A DNA stretch of 24,000 bases, taken from positions 17,164-41,163 of the forward strand of contig SMWK01000250.1 in the NCBI GenBank assembly GCA_004356895.1. Reading direction: 5' to 3'. Within the stretch, counting starts at the first letter, position 1. Every line of letters starts with the position of its first letter. The stretch is from Gammaproteobacteria bacterium (lineage in GTDB: Bacteria > Pseudomonadota > Gammaproteobacteria > Pseudomonadales > Azotimanducaceae). The notes under the pieces are model-generated. The model was not told the DNA's origin. It was given only the letters and a program-made list of their open reading frames with translations, and searched no databases. Positions 1 to 9,041 of the stretch are shown in pieces. The translations under genes were made by a program, and so were the position numbers.

Positions 1-884
1 ACTCCGGTGCCGAGGCCAACGAGGCCGCAATCAAAATAGCGCGGCTTCATGGACACCAACAAGACATCGACCGGCCGACGATCATTGTCATGGACGGAAG
101 CTTTCATGGCCGGACTATGGCCACACTGACCGCGACAGGCAGTCGCAAGGTGCAGGCTGGATTCGAGCCCCTGCTCAACGGGTTCGTGCGAGCACCGTTC
201 AACGATATCGAGGCGGTTCGCCAAATCGCGCAGAACAACAACGACATCGTTGCTGTATTGACCGAGCCGCTGTTAGGCGAAGGGGGTATCGTTATTCCAG
301 ACGAGGGCTACCTGCCCGCGCTACGGGAATTGTGTGACACCGAAAACTGGTTACTCATTCTCGACGAGGTGCAGACTGGTAACGGCCGCACAGGCAAGTT
401 CTTCGCGTACCAGCACACCGACATCTTCCCCGACGTGGTGACCACTGCAAAAGGTCTCGCTAACGGTGTGCCCATTGGCGTATGCCTCGCCCGTGGTATC
501 GCGGCGGGGCTCTTTCAGCCTGGCAATCACGGTTCCACCTTCGGCGGCAACCCGCTCGCGTGCGCCGCTGCGCAAGCCGTGCTGGACACCCTGGAGGAGG
601 ATGACCTCCTGAATCGCGCAGCCCTGCTGGGTACGCGGATGCTCGAAGGGTTCACCGAATACCTGAAAGGCAACAACCGAGTTACCGAGATACGCGGCAA
701 GGGGCTGATGATCGCGATCGAGCTCAGCGAATCCTGTACTGAGCTTGTCAACCGTGGGCTCGACGCCGGGATTCTCATCAACGTCACTCAGGACAACATC
801 GTGCGGCTGCTGCCGCCTTTGACTCTGACTGATGACGAGGCGGACGAGATCGTGCGCCTGGTCAGTCAGCTCATCAACGACTAG
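1..884 (+). CDS. argD: acetylornithine (class III, PLP-dependent) aminotransferase, 5' end outside window
   Basis: The frame is already open from base 3 (SGAEANEAAIKIARLHGH...), so the track ATG at 90 is internal. Motifs LILDEVQTGNGRTGK, TTAKGLANG (PLP lysine) and GSTFGGNPLA. Stop TAG at 882-884. Lies directly upstream of argF. Confidence 0.88.
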   Translation, partial: SGAEANEAAIKIARLHGHQQDIDRPTIIVMDGSFHGRTMATLTATGSRKVQAGFEPLLNGFVRAPFNDIEAVRQIAQNNNDIVAVLTEPLLGEGGIVIPDEGYLPALRELCDTENWLLILDEVQTGNGRTGKFFAYQHTDIFPDVVTTAKGLANGVPIGVCLARGIAAGLFQPGNHGSTFGGNPLACAAAQAVLDTLEEDDLLNRAALLGTRMLEGFTEYLKGNNRVTEIRGKGLMIAIELSESCTELVNRGLDAGILINVTQDNIVRLLPPLTLTDDEADEIVRLVSQLIND

Positions 885-910
885 TCCTGACAACTTAACG
901 CTACTGTCTC

Positions 911-1810
911 ATGGCTAAACGTGATTTTTTATCCCTTCTCGATTTCGCTCCGGAAGAACTGAGCCAGCTGGTCGAACGCGCCGGAACGCTCAAGCGGAAA
1001 TTCCTCGGTGACAGGTCCGATCAGCCGCTGAAAGGGCACACGGCCGCGATGTTGTTTCAGCTCAACTCCACCCGCACTCGAGTCGCGTTCGAAGCCGGGA
1101 TGAGCCAGCTCGGTGGTCATGCCATAGTACTCAACTCCGAAGATACTCAGATGGGTCGCGGCGAGCCGATCTCCGACATGGCGAAGGTGCTCTCCGAGAT
1201 GGTAGACATCGTGGTCATGCGAACGATTAAACATGCCGACGTTATCGAATTCGCGGAGGCTGCCAGCATTCCGGTGATCAACGCCATGACATCGCTTCTA
1301 CACCCCTGTCAGCTCCTTGCAGACGTACAAACCTTCGAAGAACTGCGCGGGCCCATCCAGGGTAAAACGGTCGCGTTCATTGGTGACGGCTACAACATGT
1401 GCCATTCCTATATCAACGCGGCTCACCAGTGGGGGTTCAACTTGAAGATCGCAAGCCCCGAAGGCTATCGGCCTGACCCGCAAATTCTCGCCTCGACAAA
1501 CAATGCGACGCTCGTCGAAACTGCTGAGGAGGCGGCCGAGAACGTCGACCTGCTGGTTACGGACGTCTGGGCATCCATGGGGCACGAAGGCGAAGAGGCA
1601 GACCGCCGGGCAATCTTCGCAAGCTTCCAAGTCAATGAAGCGCTCCTCGACCACGCAAAAACAGAGGCACTCTTCATGCACTGCCTTCCAGCCAAACGAG
1701 GCGAAGAGGTGAACGAAACCGTGCTCGACGACCCACGTTCGGTGGTGTGGCAGGAGGCGGGCAACAGGTTGCACACTCAGAAGGCGCTGTTGCAGTTCTT
1801 ATTGGAGTAA
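911..1810 (+). CDS. argF: ornithine carbamoyltransferase
   Basis: 299 aa with STRTR (carbamoyl-phosphate site), HPCQLLAD, DVWASMG (ornithine SMG loop) and HCLPA motifs. ATG start, stop TAA at 1808-1810. Confidence 0.92.
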   Translation: MAKRDFLSLLDFAPEELSQLVERAGTLKRKFLGDRSDQPLKGHTAAMLFQLNSTRTRVAFEAGMSQLGGHAIVLNSEDTQMGRGEPISDMAKVLSEMVDIVVMRTIKHADVIEFAEAASIPVINAMTSLLHPCQLLADVQTFEELRGPIQGKTVAFIGDGYNMCHSYINAAHQWGFNLKIASPEGYRPDPQILASTNNATLVETAEEAAENVDLLVTDVWASMGHEGEEADRRAIFASFQVNEALLDHAKTEALFMHCLPAKRGEEVNETVLDDPRSVVWQEAGNRLHTQKALLQFLLE

Positions 1811-4800
1811 ACTGATCTGAAACTCTGAGAGTAGAAGAGGTTTTTCGATGCGGAAACCCTGGGCGTAGTCAACGCCGATCTCCTTCAGACGGTCCAACAC
1901 CTCGTCGTCTTCAACGTACTCGGCGATCGTCTTTTTACCCATGAAGTGGCCAATCTCATTGATGGAGCGAACGACGGCGTAGTCGCCGGGGTTGTTGGCG
2001 ATGTCCCTGACGAACACGCCATCGATCTTCACGAAATCTACCGGTAGGTTGCGAAGGTATGAGTAAGATGACAAGCCTGTACCAAAATCATCCAATGAAA
2101 ACTGACAGCCGATGATCCGCATGCGGTTCATGAAGTCCACGGCGTTTTCTAGGTTGGCGATGGCGGCAGTTTCGGTTATTTCAAAACAAACTTTACCTGT
2201 GGGTGCCTGGGACTTTGCGAACTGCTCCAGCACAAAATCAGGGAAGGTTGCATCGTTCACGGAATGGCCAGAGACGTTGATCGCAAAGCCACCAAAATGG
2301 TCCAGATCGCTGCGGTGCTCCGCCATCCAGGCGAGCACACGTTCAATCACCCAGCGGTCTATGATCGTCATGCGGTTATACGTTTCCGCCGCGTGAATAA
2401 AATCCGTGGGTGGCATCGTATCGCCGAGTTCATCGAGCATCGTGAGTAAGATCTCGTAGTGGGTATCGGTGGGTATGGATGATGTACCATCGGTGTCGAT
2501 GGGCGCGATACGCTGGCAGTTGAGGATCAGCCGGTCTTCGTCGAGCGCCTTGTCGAGTTCGGTAACCCATTCCATAACGCCATGCCGGCGCATCATGGCG
2601 GTGTCACCAAGTTCGTACTCGTGCACACGGTTACGCCCGGCATCTTTGGCGGTGTAGCACGCCTCGTCCGCAAACTGCATCGACTTCTCTACGCTCTCCG
2701 TCGTCTGATCCAGGAACACCAGGCCCATGCTCGCGGAGATCGTGTACATGCGTCCGTCCCATTTGAAGCGCTGTTCACGAATTACTTCCAGTAGTTTTTC
2801 GGCCAGATCCCGGGCTTCGCTGGTTTCCACCTGCTCGACCAACACGCCGTACTCGTCTCCACCGAGGCGCGCCACTTTCGCGGTCTTATCCGCGACGCTT
2901 TTCGTCAACGTATCCGCGACGAGTTTCAGCAGCTCATCACCCGCTGAATGACCGCTGGTGTTGTTGATGATCTTGAATTGATCAAGATCCAAATATAGCA
3001 GCGCGTGCTGGATCTCTTTGGTCTTCGCCCCCTGAATTGCCTTCTCAACGAAACGCTCGAACTCCTTGCGGTTCAAGAGCTGCGTGAGATCATCATGACT
3101 TGCCTGGAACGCGAGCTGGTTGTGCATGTTCTCGAGCATGCGTTGTGACGCCCTCTCCATGAGCGGCAGGTCGTAATCGTCAAGCGATGTGATTTGACCT
3201 TCATGCAACCCGTCAGCCATATCCTGAAGCGTGAGCTCACGCGTCTTGATGCCTTTGCGGTTCACGAGAACGAAGGAGCTGTAATCATCGCCTATGTAAG
3301 CCACGGTTAGAATCAGCGGCCGGCCCTCTCGGTCACTGGCAGCGAGCCATTCGCCGATCTGCATACGTCGTGCTCGTTCAACGGCCTTCGCCCAGGTCTG
3401 TCTTACATCCTCGTCATCACTTTCGATTACCGGATCGGTTTCGGGGAGCAACCCCTCCAGGCCTAACGCGGCCGGTACACCGCTTGGCTCGACTCGGGTC
3501 GCGGCGACAGGTGTTTTGTGACCGGTGCTATCACCGACAAGCGCCGCAGAGAGGCTCATTATGAGCGGCGTGCGTTTGCTCGGATCGAACGAGATATTGT
3601 TGAGACCGTCCACAACGCGTTTCAGAAGCTTGTCGGGATCGACAAATGCCTCGCTGCCGGGCTCGATCTCCCCGCTCAACTGACCCCAGACTTGATCGAC
3701 AGTTGCCAATTGGTCGCGCCATTCATTGCTGTCAACACCACGACGCAAGTGAGTGTGCACCATGAGGTTGCGCCACCCGGGATTGAGCATCTGTAAGAGG
3801 AGATCCGGAACTTCTTTACTGCCAAGTCGACCTTCCATCTCTTCGAGTACAGCTCGCCTTGCTCGTGCAAGCTTCTGCTGACCTTCGCTGGTGCGAACGG
3901 TGCGCTCGACGTTCCCGCGATATGCGCGTGTCTGCTTGTCTATCAACGGATTGAGTTCATCAACCACCTCGGAGAAGACTTCCGGGTTTTCGTCATACTC
4001 GTGAATGACTTTTTGCAGCAGCTCGTCTACCCGACGTCCGACATCGCGATCAATACCTTCGCGCACGTCACGGGTGTTCCCCAAACGCGCCAACTGGTTC
4101 AACATCTGCACCGCGCTGTGTGGGCGCTCTGGTGTGTGGCGCAGGAACCCCGGGTCGCGGGCGGCCAGCTTGTTCAGAGTAATTTCGAGGCGCTGAATCC
4201 AGTCGCGGATGCCTTCGGTGAGGAAACTGTCTTCCTGGAGGGAATCCACGAGATTTTCCATCATGTCGAGCGTGTCGTAGTCCTCTTCGGTGAAGCCTTT
4301 CCGATCGCCATGCTGGTCCCGCAATATTTCGATCAAACGCGGCTTCAGGCGACGGTCGCTCAACGGAGCGTCGCCAAGTTCCCGTTCGATCTGCAGGATC
4401 GCTTCCAGAATATCGCTGCTTCTAAATGTCTCGCCAACTCCCGCATCGGGGGCAGCGAGCATCTTGTCACGACCGTGACCGAGTATCTGTTGGGTTCGCC
4501 GTTTCAAGCCCAGTATGTTGCGAGCGGTACTATAAAGCTCACGTGCTCCCGGTTCGCTGAATGGATCGTGATCCACTCGTGAGTGCGTGGCGATGCCGTC
4601 GGCCGCCATGGCGGCTTCACGCACGGAGCTCTCCATCTCCTGGTAAGCCTCGGGTTCAACGCGTACCCCGGAAGGTGTGCGCCGAATGGAGCTGCGCATC
4701 AGCGACTCTCTGAGTTCCTCGACAGACGGGAACATCTTGCTTTCTTGTAACATCTCGTCCAACGCGCTGTACAGATTGCCTAACATTGGAACCAACACGC

Positions 4801-5848
4801 TTTCGAAGCAGAGATAGATGTCTTGTTTAACCTGTCTGCGCAAGTCGAATTCCTTCATCGCATCGTCAAACGACCAGCAGATCACGGCTGGGCCGACGGG
4901 CACGACATCTTTATGTGTCCAGGGTCTGGCGACCAGTCCCAACCGGGCTCGGATGTCCAACAGATCGTCTGAGTATCGGTTTTCCGCTTTCGAAATCATT
5001 TCTGCAACGGCCAACCAATCTTCGAACTGGTCGGTGGCTACGATCTCGAGCTTCGTTGCGTTCCCTGTTTCCCGCCTGCGACGTCTTTCCAGAATGTCAT
5101 CGAGCTCGGAAACGTTGTCTACCTGGCGTACTACCTCCCCGATAAAGTTCGTGCTGATGCTCTCGCGATGTTTCTCCAGGAGATCGAGACCTTCGAAATA
5201 CATCATCTGGACCGCATTTGTCCCCGCATCGCGCGCTCTCACCAGGAGTTCGGTGGCCGCAACATTGAAGAATTGTTTGCTGATGCGTTCCATCGCTCGT
5301 CGCACGACTCGACGCATGCTTGCGCGAACCTCTGTGGCGTCCTTTTCGTTGATGCGCCGATCACGGAAAAGCCTCTCCGGAATTTCTCCACCACCACCCG
5401 CTGCGGAGTTGGCGTCTTCACCACCATCGAGTTGCTCACTCGACGCCGAAATTTCGTCTTCGTAAGTCTCGCCCACACCCGCGCCCGAGCGCGACAGCAT
5501 GCCCGAGGCGATTGCGAACTCGATCAGACAATCGAACGCGTCGTCCGGCAACCCATCATCGAACCGTACGCCGATACCGTTGCCTGAATCGAGCATCCGG
5601 GCAATCTTGGCCTGGGTACGAAAGTGTAGCTGTCCAGTCGGTGTTGCTACAGAAAAGTGCAAAGCAACGGGGTCACCCGGATGAGGCTGTGCGCCTGTCG
5701 CCGAGAGCGAGCGCGAACCACCTGCACCCGTTAGCAACATCCCGTCATGGCAAAAATCTCGAATGCTGCACAGCCACGAACGCCCCTGTTCAGGGTGAAC
5801 AAGGGCGGAAATGGAGCTGGGTTGCCTGGGGTAATGGCGTCGATTCAA
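1799..5848 (-). CDS. 1349-aa multidomain c-di-GMP protein: N-terminal PilZ, DUF1631-like central region, GGDEF (GGDEY), EAL (EIL)
   Basis: TTG start at 5848; no ATG/GTG lies between it and the upstream in-frame TGA. PilZ signatures RRHYPR and DFCHDG (RxxxR / DxSxxG with Cys for Ser) in aa 1-105. By memory, aa ~170-890 resemble the DUF1631 family. GGDEF domain has LNRKEFERF and GGDEY (2849-2863) with no RxxD I-site. EAL domain has EIL (2447-2455), FEITE, DDFGTG, EYVE and QGF. The 3' end overlaps the argF 3' end by 12 bp. Confidence 0.85.
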   Translation of the reverse strand: MNRRHYPRQPSSISALVHPEQGRSWLCSIRDFCHDGMLLTGAGGSRSLSATGAQPHPGDPVALHFSVATPTGQLHFRTQAKIARMLDSGNGIGVRFDDGLPDDAFDCLIEFAIASGMLSRSGAGVGETYEDEISASSEQLDGGEDANSAAGGGGEIPERLFRDRRINEKDATEVRASMRRVVRRAMERISKQFFNVAATELLVRARDAGTNAVQMMYFEGLDLLEKHRESISTNFIGEVVRQVDNVSELDDILERRRRRETGNATKLEIVATDQFEDWLAVAEMISKAENRYSDDLLDIRARLGLVARPWTHKDVVPVGPAVICWSFDDAMKEFDLRRQVKQDIYLCFESVLVPMLGNLYSALDEMLQESKMFPSVEELRESLMRSSIRRTPSGVRVEPEAYQEMESSVREAAMAADGIATHSRVDHDPFSEPGARELYSTARNILGLKRRTQQILGHGRDKMLAAPDAGVGETFRSSDILEAILQIERELGDAPLSDRRLKPRLIEILRDQHGDRKGFTEEDYDTLDMMENLVDSLQEDSFLTEGIRDWIQRLEITLNKLAARDPGFLRHTPERPHSAVQMLNQLARLGNTRDVREGIDRDVGRRVDELLQKVIHEYDENPEVFSEVVDELNPLIDKQTRAYRGNVERTVRTSEGQQKLARARRAVLEEMEGRLGSKEVPDLLLQMLNPGWRNLMVHTHLRRGVDSNEWRDQLATVDQVWGQLSGEIEPGSEAFVDPDKLLKRVVDGLNNISFDPSKRTPLIMSLSAALVGDSTGHKTPVAATRVEPSGVPAALGLEGLLPETDPVIESDDEDVRQTWAKAVERARRMQIGEWLAASDREGRPLILTVAYIGDDYSSFVLVNRKGIKTRELTLQDMADGLHEGQITSLDDYDLPLMERASQRMLENMHNQLAFQASHDDLTQLLNRKEFERFVEKAIQGAKTKEIQHALLYLDLDQFKIINNTSGHSAGDELLKLVADTLTKSVADKTAKVARLGGDEYGVLVEQVETSEARDLAEKLLEVIREQRFKWDGRMYTISASMGLVFLDQTTESVEKSMQFADEACYTAKDAGRNRVHEYELGDTAMMRRHGVMEWVTELDKALDEDRLILNCQRIAPIDTDGTSSIPTDTHYEILLTMLDELGDTMPPTDFIHAAETYNRMTIIDRWVIERVLAWMAEHRSDLDHFGGFAINVSGHSVNDATFPDFVLEQFAKSQAPTGKVCFEITETAAIANLENAVDFMNRMRIIGCQFSLDDFGTGLSSYSYLRNLPVDFVKIDGVFVRDIANNPGDYAVVRSINEIGHFMGKKTIAEYVEDDEVLDRLKEIGVDYAQGFRIEKPLLLSEFQISLLQ

Positions 5849-5919
5849 CGATGCAGTATCCGTTCCGCGAAAACGTCTGGACCTTACCCGATATCATTGT
5901 CGAGGTCACGTCAGAGGCC

Positions 5920-7008
5920 CTATGCTTCGATAATGATCCCGTCACGCCCTTCGGATTTAGCGCGATACAACGCTTGATCTGCTCGCTGGATCACATCTTC
6001 AACACGTTCACCTGATTTAAAGGTCGCAATGCCGGTGGAAACCGTTAGACGGAAAGCTTCGTCCCCCGGTCCGTCCACGGGCACCGCGCACATCTGGCGG
6101 GTGCGTTCTCCCAACCGTTTCGCCACGTTCGATGCAGTATCTGCATCTGCGCCCACGAGAATCATCAAAAATTCTTCGCCGCCAATCCGAGCAACAAAGT
6201 CCACCGAACGCACAACACCTGCGGCGAGATCTGCGAAGTCATGTAACACACGATCGCCAAACAGATGGCCAAAGCGATCGTTCACCTGCTTGAAGTGATC
6301 GAGATCGCAGTAACACAGCGTAAAGCCTACGTGACCACGATCGGCAAGTGCCTTCTGGCGCTTGAGCACTTCCATTATATAGCGCCGATTGTAGAGGCCC
6401 GTGAGTTCATCGCGCATCGCAAGTTCCGCGAGCTGCTCCATAGCTTTGTTGAGTCGATCGCGCCGGCGGTCGAAAGCGGAACGCAACGCGGTTACTTCTC
6501 CGGCCATGTACGCCATGGCGGCCAACATTACGGTAAAGGCCACTGCGATGACCGCCTCGAAAGCGAAATCTGTGTCTCCGTAACGAATCAACAACAAATT
6601 GCCCCCGAGATAGGTCAACCACGTTACCAAGCTAACGAACAACATCTGTCGACGGTCGAGGAGTAGAGCCGAATATAGAATACCGAACAGCGGTGCAACG
6701 AGAATTAACAGTCGCACGGGATGCGGCACCAACAGCGCAGTTGCCACCACCCCAAGGTTGCACCATACGGCCTTAGTCAGCGTGAGTGCACTCGCCTCAA
6801 AACGTTCTTGTCTCACTCCATCGGCTAGTAACAACGCGAACAATCCGGCTATCCAGATGCCAATCAGCACAGGAAAGGCCGGGGTTGTGACTTGCAGGTA
6901 GCCATACTGAACCAAGCCCAACCAGAACAGCGCGTAGACTGACGCGCCGAACATGATGACGGCGATACGCCCGTATCTCTGCTTGACTGTCCCGCTGACG
7001 ATTAACAC
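5920..7008 (-). CDS. membrane-anchored diguanylate cyclase (GGDEF) with I-site
   Basis: GTG start. The N-terminal ~170 aa are hydrophobic (about 5-6 TM segments). Then RDELTGLYNRRY, I-site RSVD five residues before GGEEF (6169-6183), and a YRAKSEGRD tail. Only 71 nt upstream of the PilZ-GGDEF-EAL gene on the same strand. Confidence 0.88.
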   Translation of the reverse strand: MLIVSGTVKQRYGRIAVIMFGASVYALFWLGLVQYGYLQVTTPAFPVLIGIWIAGLFALLLADGVRQERFEASALTLTKAVWCNLGVVATALLVPHPVRLLILVAPLFGILYSALLLDRRQMLFVSLVTWLTYLGGNLLLIRYGDTDFAFEAVIAVAFTVMLAAMAYMAGEVTALRSAFDRRRDRLNKAMEQLAELAMRDELTGLYNRRYIMEVLKRQKALADRGHVGFTLCYCDLDHFKQVNDRFGHLFGDRVLHDFADLAAGVVRSVDFVARIGGEEFLMILVGADADTASNVAKRLGERTRQMCAVPVDGPGDEAFRLTVSTGIATFKSGERVEDVIQRADQALYRAKSEGRDGIIIEA

Positions 7009-7083
7009 TGGAATGCCTTGAGTCGTAGGTAGCTCGCATTCTAGGGGGCGAAAGGGCGGAGCACTTCACAACCTGGTGGCGCA

Positions 7084-7103
7084 TTGTAAGGAAACCCTTA
7101 CAA
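7084..7103 (-). terminator. weak hairpin downstream of glpK (TTGTAAGG-aaac-CCTTACAA)
   Basis: Perfect 8-bp stem about 35 nt after the glpK stop. No U-run follows on the minus strand, so the terminator function is doubtful. Confidence 0.2.
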
Positions 7104-7136
7104 ACTTCCGGCGGATCAGGAATCGAATAATCCCGG

Positions 7137-8615
7137 TTAGAGCAGGGTTCTCGCAACCGCACGTTGCCAGCCGGCAAGTAGTGCCGTGCGCCGCTCGGCA
7201 GGCATACGCGGCGAAAACTCTTTCTCCAGGCTCCAAAGAGTCGCCGCATCAGCAAGGCTGGCAACAAGTCCACACCCAACCGCCGCGAGCATTGCCGCGC
7301 CTAAAGCTGTGGTTTCTGTAATCACCGGCCGCTCTACGACTAGATCGAGCACATCTGCCAGGAACTGACATAACCAGTTGTTCGTCACCATGCCGCCATC
7401 AATGCGCAGCCGTTCGACCGCAGCACCGTCTTGTTCCATGGCGCTAATGAGCTCCGCCGTTTGAAAAGCGACGCTTTGCAGTGTGGCCGTGACGATCTGA
7501 TCACGGCTGGTGTCGAGGGTGAGCCCCATGAACAATCCGCGCGCCTCGGGTGCCCAGTGTGGCGCACCGAGCCCGGTAAACGCTGGAACTACATACACCC
7601 CGCCTGAATCTCCACCGGTTCGAACCGCGGCGCGGCCTGACTCCGCTGCATCGTCGATGAGCCCAAGATTGTCGCGCAGCCACTTAATGGCAGCACCTGC
7701 CACGAAAATGCTGCCTTCGAGGGCATAGGTTGTTTCTCCTGCCAACCGGTAGCCAACCGTGGTAAGTAGCTGTTGTTGCGAAACCAACTGCCGTTTTCCC
7801 GTGTTCGCAATAACGAAGCAGCCGGTACCGTAGGTGCTCTTGGTCATCCCGGGGCGCAAGCAACCCTGCCCGATCAGTGCCGCCTGTTGATCACCGGCAA
7901 CGCCGAGTATTGGTATAGGTGCGCCGAACCACTCTGCATCGGCTATCCCGAAATCCGCAGCGCAATCGAGCACTACCGGCAACAACGTTGCCGGTATGTC
8001 GAGATAGGCCAGTAGTTCGTCGCTCCAACGCTGGGTACCAATATCGAACAGCATCGTGCGCGCCGCATTGCTCGCATCAGTGACATGGCGCCGACCCTTG
8101 GTGAGTCGCCAGATAAGGAAACTGTCGACGGTACCGAAACATAACTCTCCACTTTCCGCTCTTTTTTTCAGGCCAGCAATGTTTTCCAACAACCACGCGA
8201 GCTTAGTGCCTGAAAAATACGGGTCGACAACGAGCCCAGTTATACGTGCGACAGATTGTTGCATTCCGTCTGCTCGCATGTTTTCACATTGCTCGGCGGT
8301 ACGTCGGTCCTGCCAGACGATGGCATTGTGCAGACATTCACCGGTCTGGCGATCCCAAACGAGTGTTGTTTCCCTTTGATTGGTGATGCCCAGGGCATCG
8401 ATATCAGCGGCTGACAAACCGGCGTTGGCAACCGCTTCTCGACCGGCTTCAAGGGTTGTCTGCCAGAGTACTTCCGGTGCCTGCTCGATCCAGCCATCTG
8501 CTGGAAACACCATATCGAAAGGACGTTGTCCCATGCCGAGAATGCGACCATTGAGGTCAAAAATGATGGCACGCGTACTCGAAGTACCCTGGTCGATGGC
8601 CATGATATGGCTCAT
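7137..8615 (-). CDS. glpK: glycerol kinase (FGGY family)
   Basis: The track ORF opens at 8660, but the canonical GlpK N-terminus MSHIMAIDQGTSSTRA starts at ATG 8615, preceded by GGAAAAGAG. Motifs GITNQRETTLVWD, AIVWQDRRT and DPYFSGTKLAWLL. Confidence 0.92.
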   Translation of the reverse strand: MSHIMAIDQGTSSTRAIIFDLNGRILGMGQRPFDMVFPADGWIEQAPEVLWQTTLEAGREAVANAGLSAADIDALGITNQRETTLVWDRQTGECLHNAIVWQDRRTAEQCENMRADGMQQSVARITGLVVDPYFSGTKLAWLLENIAGLKKRAESGELCFGTVDSFLIWRLTKGRRHVTDASNAARTMLFDIGTQRWSDELLAYLDIPATLLPVVLDCAADFGIADAEWFGAPIPILGVAGDQQAALIGQGCLRPGMTKSTYGTGCFVIANTGKRQLVSQQQLLTTVGYRLAGETTYALEGSIFVAGAAIKWLRDNLGLIDDAAESGRAAVRTGGDSGGVYVVPAFTGLGAPHWAPEARGLFMGLTLDTSRDQIVTATLQSVAFQTAELISAMEQDGAAVERLRIDGGMVTNNWLCQFLADVLDLVVERPVITETTALGAAMLAAVGCGLVASLADAATLWSLEKEFSPRMPAERRTALLAGWQRAVARTLL

Positions 8616-8654
8616 TTTTGCCGCTCTTTTCCACTCTTTGGGCGCGATAACGGA

Positions 8655-8670
8655 CCACAATATATAGATG
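8655..8670. promoter_or_regulatory. NrdR-box-like palindrome 1 (CCACAATATATAGATG), alternatively the glpK -10 region
   Basis: Matches the core of the NrdR box consensus as I recall it (acaCwAtATaTwGtgt) at positions 4-13. However, it lies about 40 bp upstream of the glpK ATG and reads TATATT on the minus strand. Confidence 0.25.
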
Positions 8671-8732
8671 TCGACCTAATAGTGCTATCTGTCCACAGAC
8701 CACCCACAGGAACCCCACCCGCAAGCCCGAAG

Positions 8733-8741
8733 TTATCCACA
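8733..8741 (+). promoter_or_regulatory. DnaA box, perfect consensus TTATCCACA
   Basis: Exact 9/9 match to the E. coli R-box consensus, about 300 bp upstream of nrdA. A 7/9 relative, CTGTCCACA, lies at 8689-8697 in the same orientation. DnaA boxes are known upstream of E. coli nrdAB. Confidence 0.5.
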
Positions 8742-8799
8742 GTTAATGCCTTGCAATCGACTAGTCACCGCATTATCTTGTGTGTCGTCCGATTGAAAA

Positions 8800-8815
8800 C
8801 CGCTACATATAGCGT
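8800..8815. promoter_or_regulatory. NrdR-box-like palindrome 2 (CCGCTACATATAGCGT)
   Basis: CTACATATAG core fits CwAtATaTwG with one mismatch. Near-palindromic CGCTA...TAGCG arms. TTGAAA lies immediately upstream (8793-8798). Confidence 0.45.
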
Positions 8816-8942
8816 TTTCTCTCATTTGACCCGATCTATTAATTTTCCGGGAAATGAGTCGAAAAAGGTAGCAAAAAACAGTCGGAAGAGCAGATAGAAA
8901 CGGAAATTTGTTCGGAGGGGCGTATTTCTGCCGACATCGCAA

Positions 8943-8958
8943 CCACTACATATTGTGT
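8943..8958. promoter_or_regulatory. NrdR-box-like palindrome 3 (CCACTACATATTGTGT)
   Basis: Best match to acaCwAtATaTwGtgt (caC-TACATATT-Gtgt). Sits 84 bp upstream of the nrdA ATG, where a promoter-overlapping NrdR operator is expected. Confidence 0.55.
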
Positions 8959-9041
8959 TTGCAGGTCCGCGCGTCCGCGAGTGAATCTCGCAAAGCAGAA
9001 ATAGTCGACTCCGCAAGAACTCGAGGGAGTTAGAAGCTCAC

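Noticed and set aside
8616-8660. 15-codon N-terminal extension of glpK (MWSVIAPKEWKRAAK).
   Set aside because: GlpK proteins start a few residues before the AIDQGT(T/S)S motif, and the internal ATG 8615 has a purine-rich SD-like tract. The extension would also run into the promoter-like TATATT.
8833-8848. Possible partner NrdR box (GATCTATTAATTTTCC) 33 bp from box 2.
   Set aside because: Three mismatches in the central core, including the conserved G, and loss of dyad symmetry. It is too weak to call.
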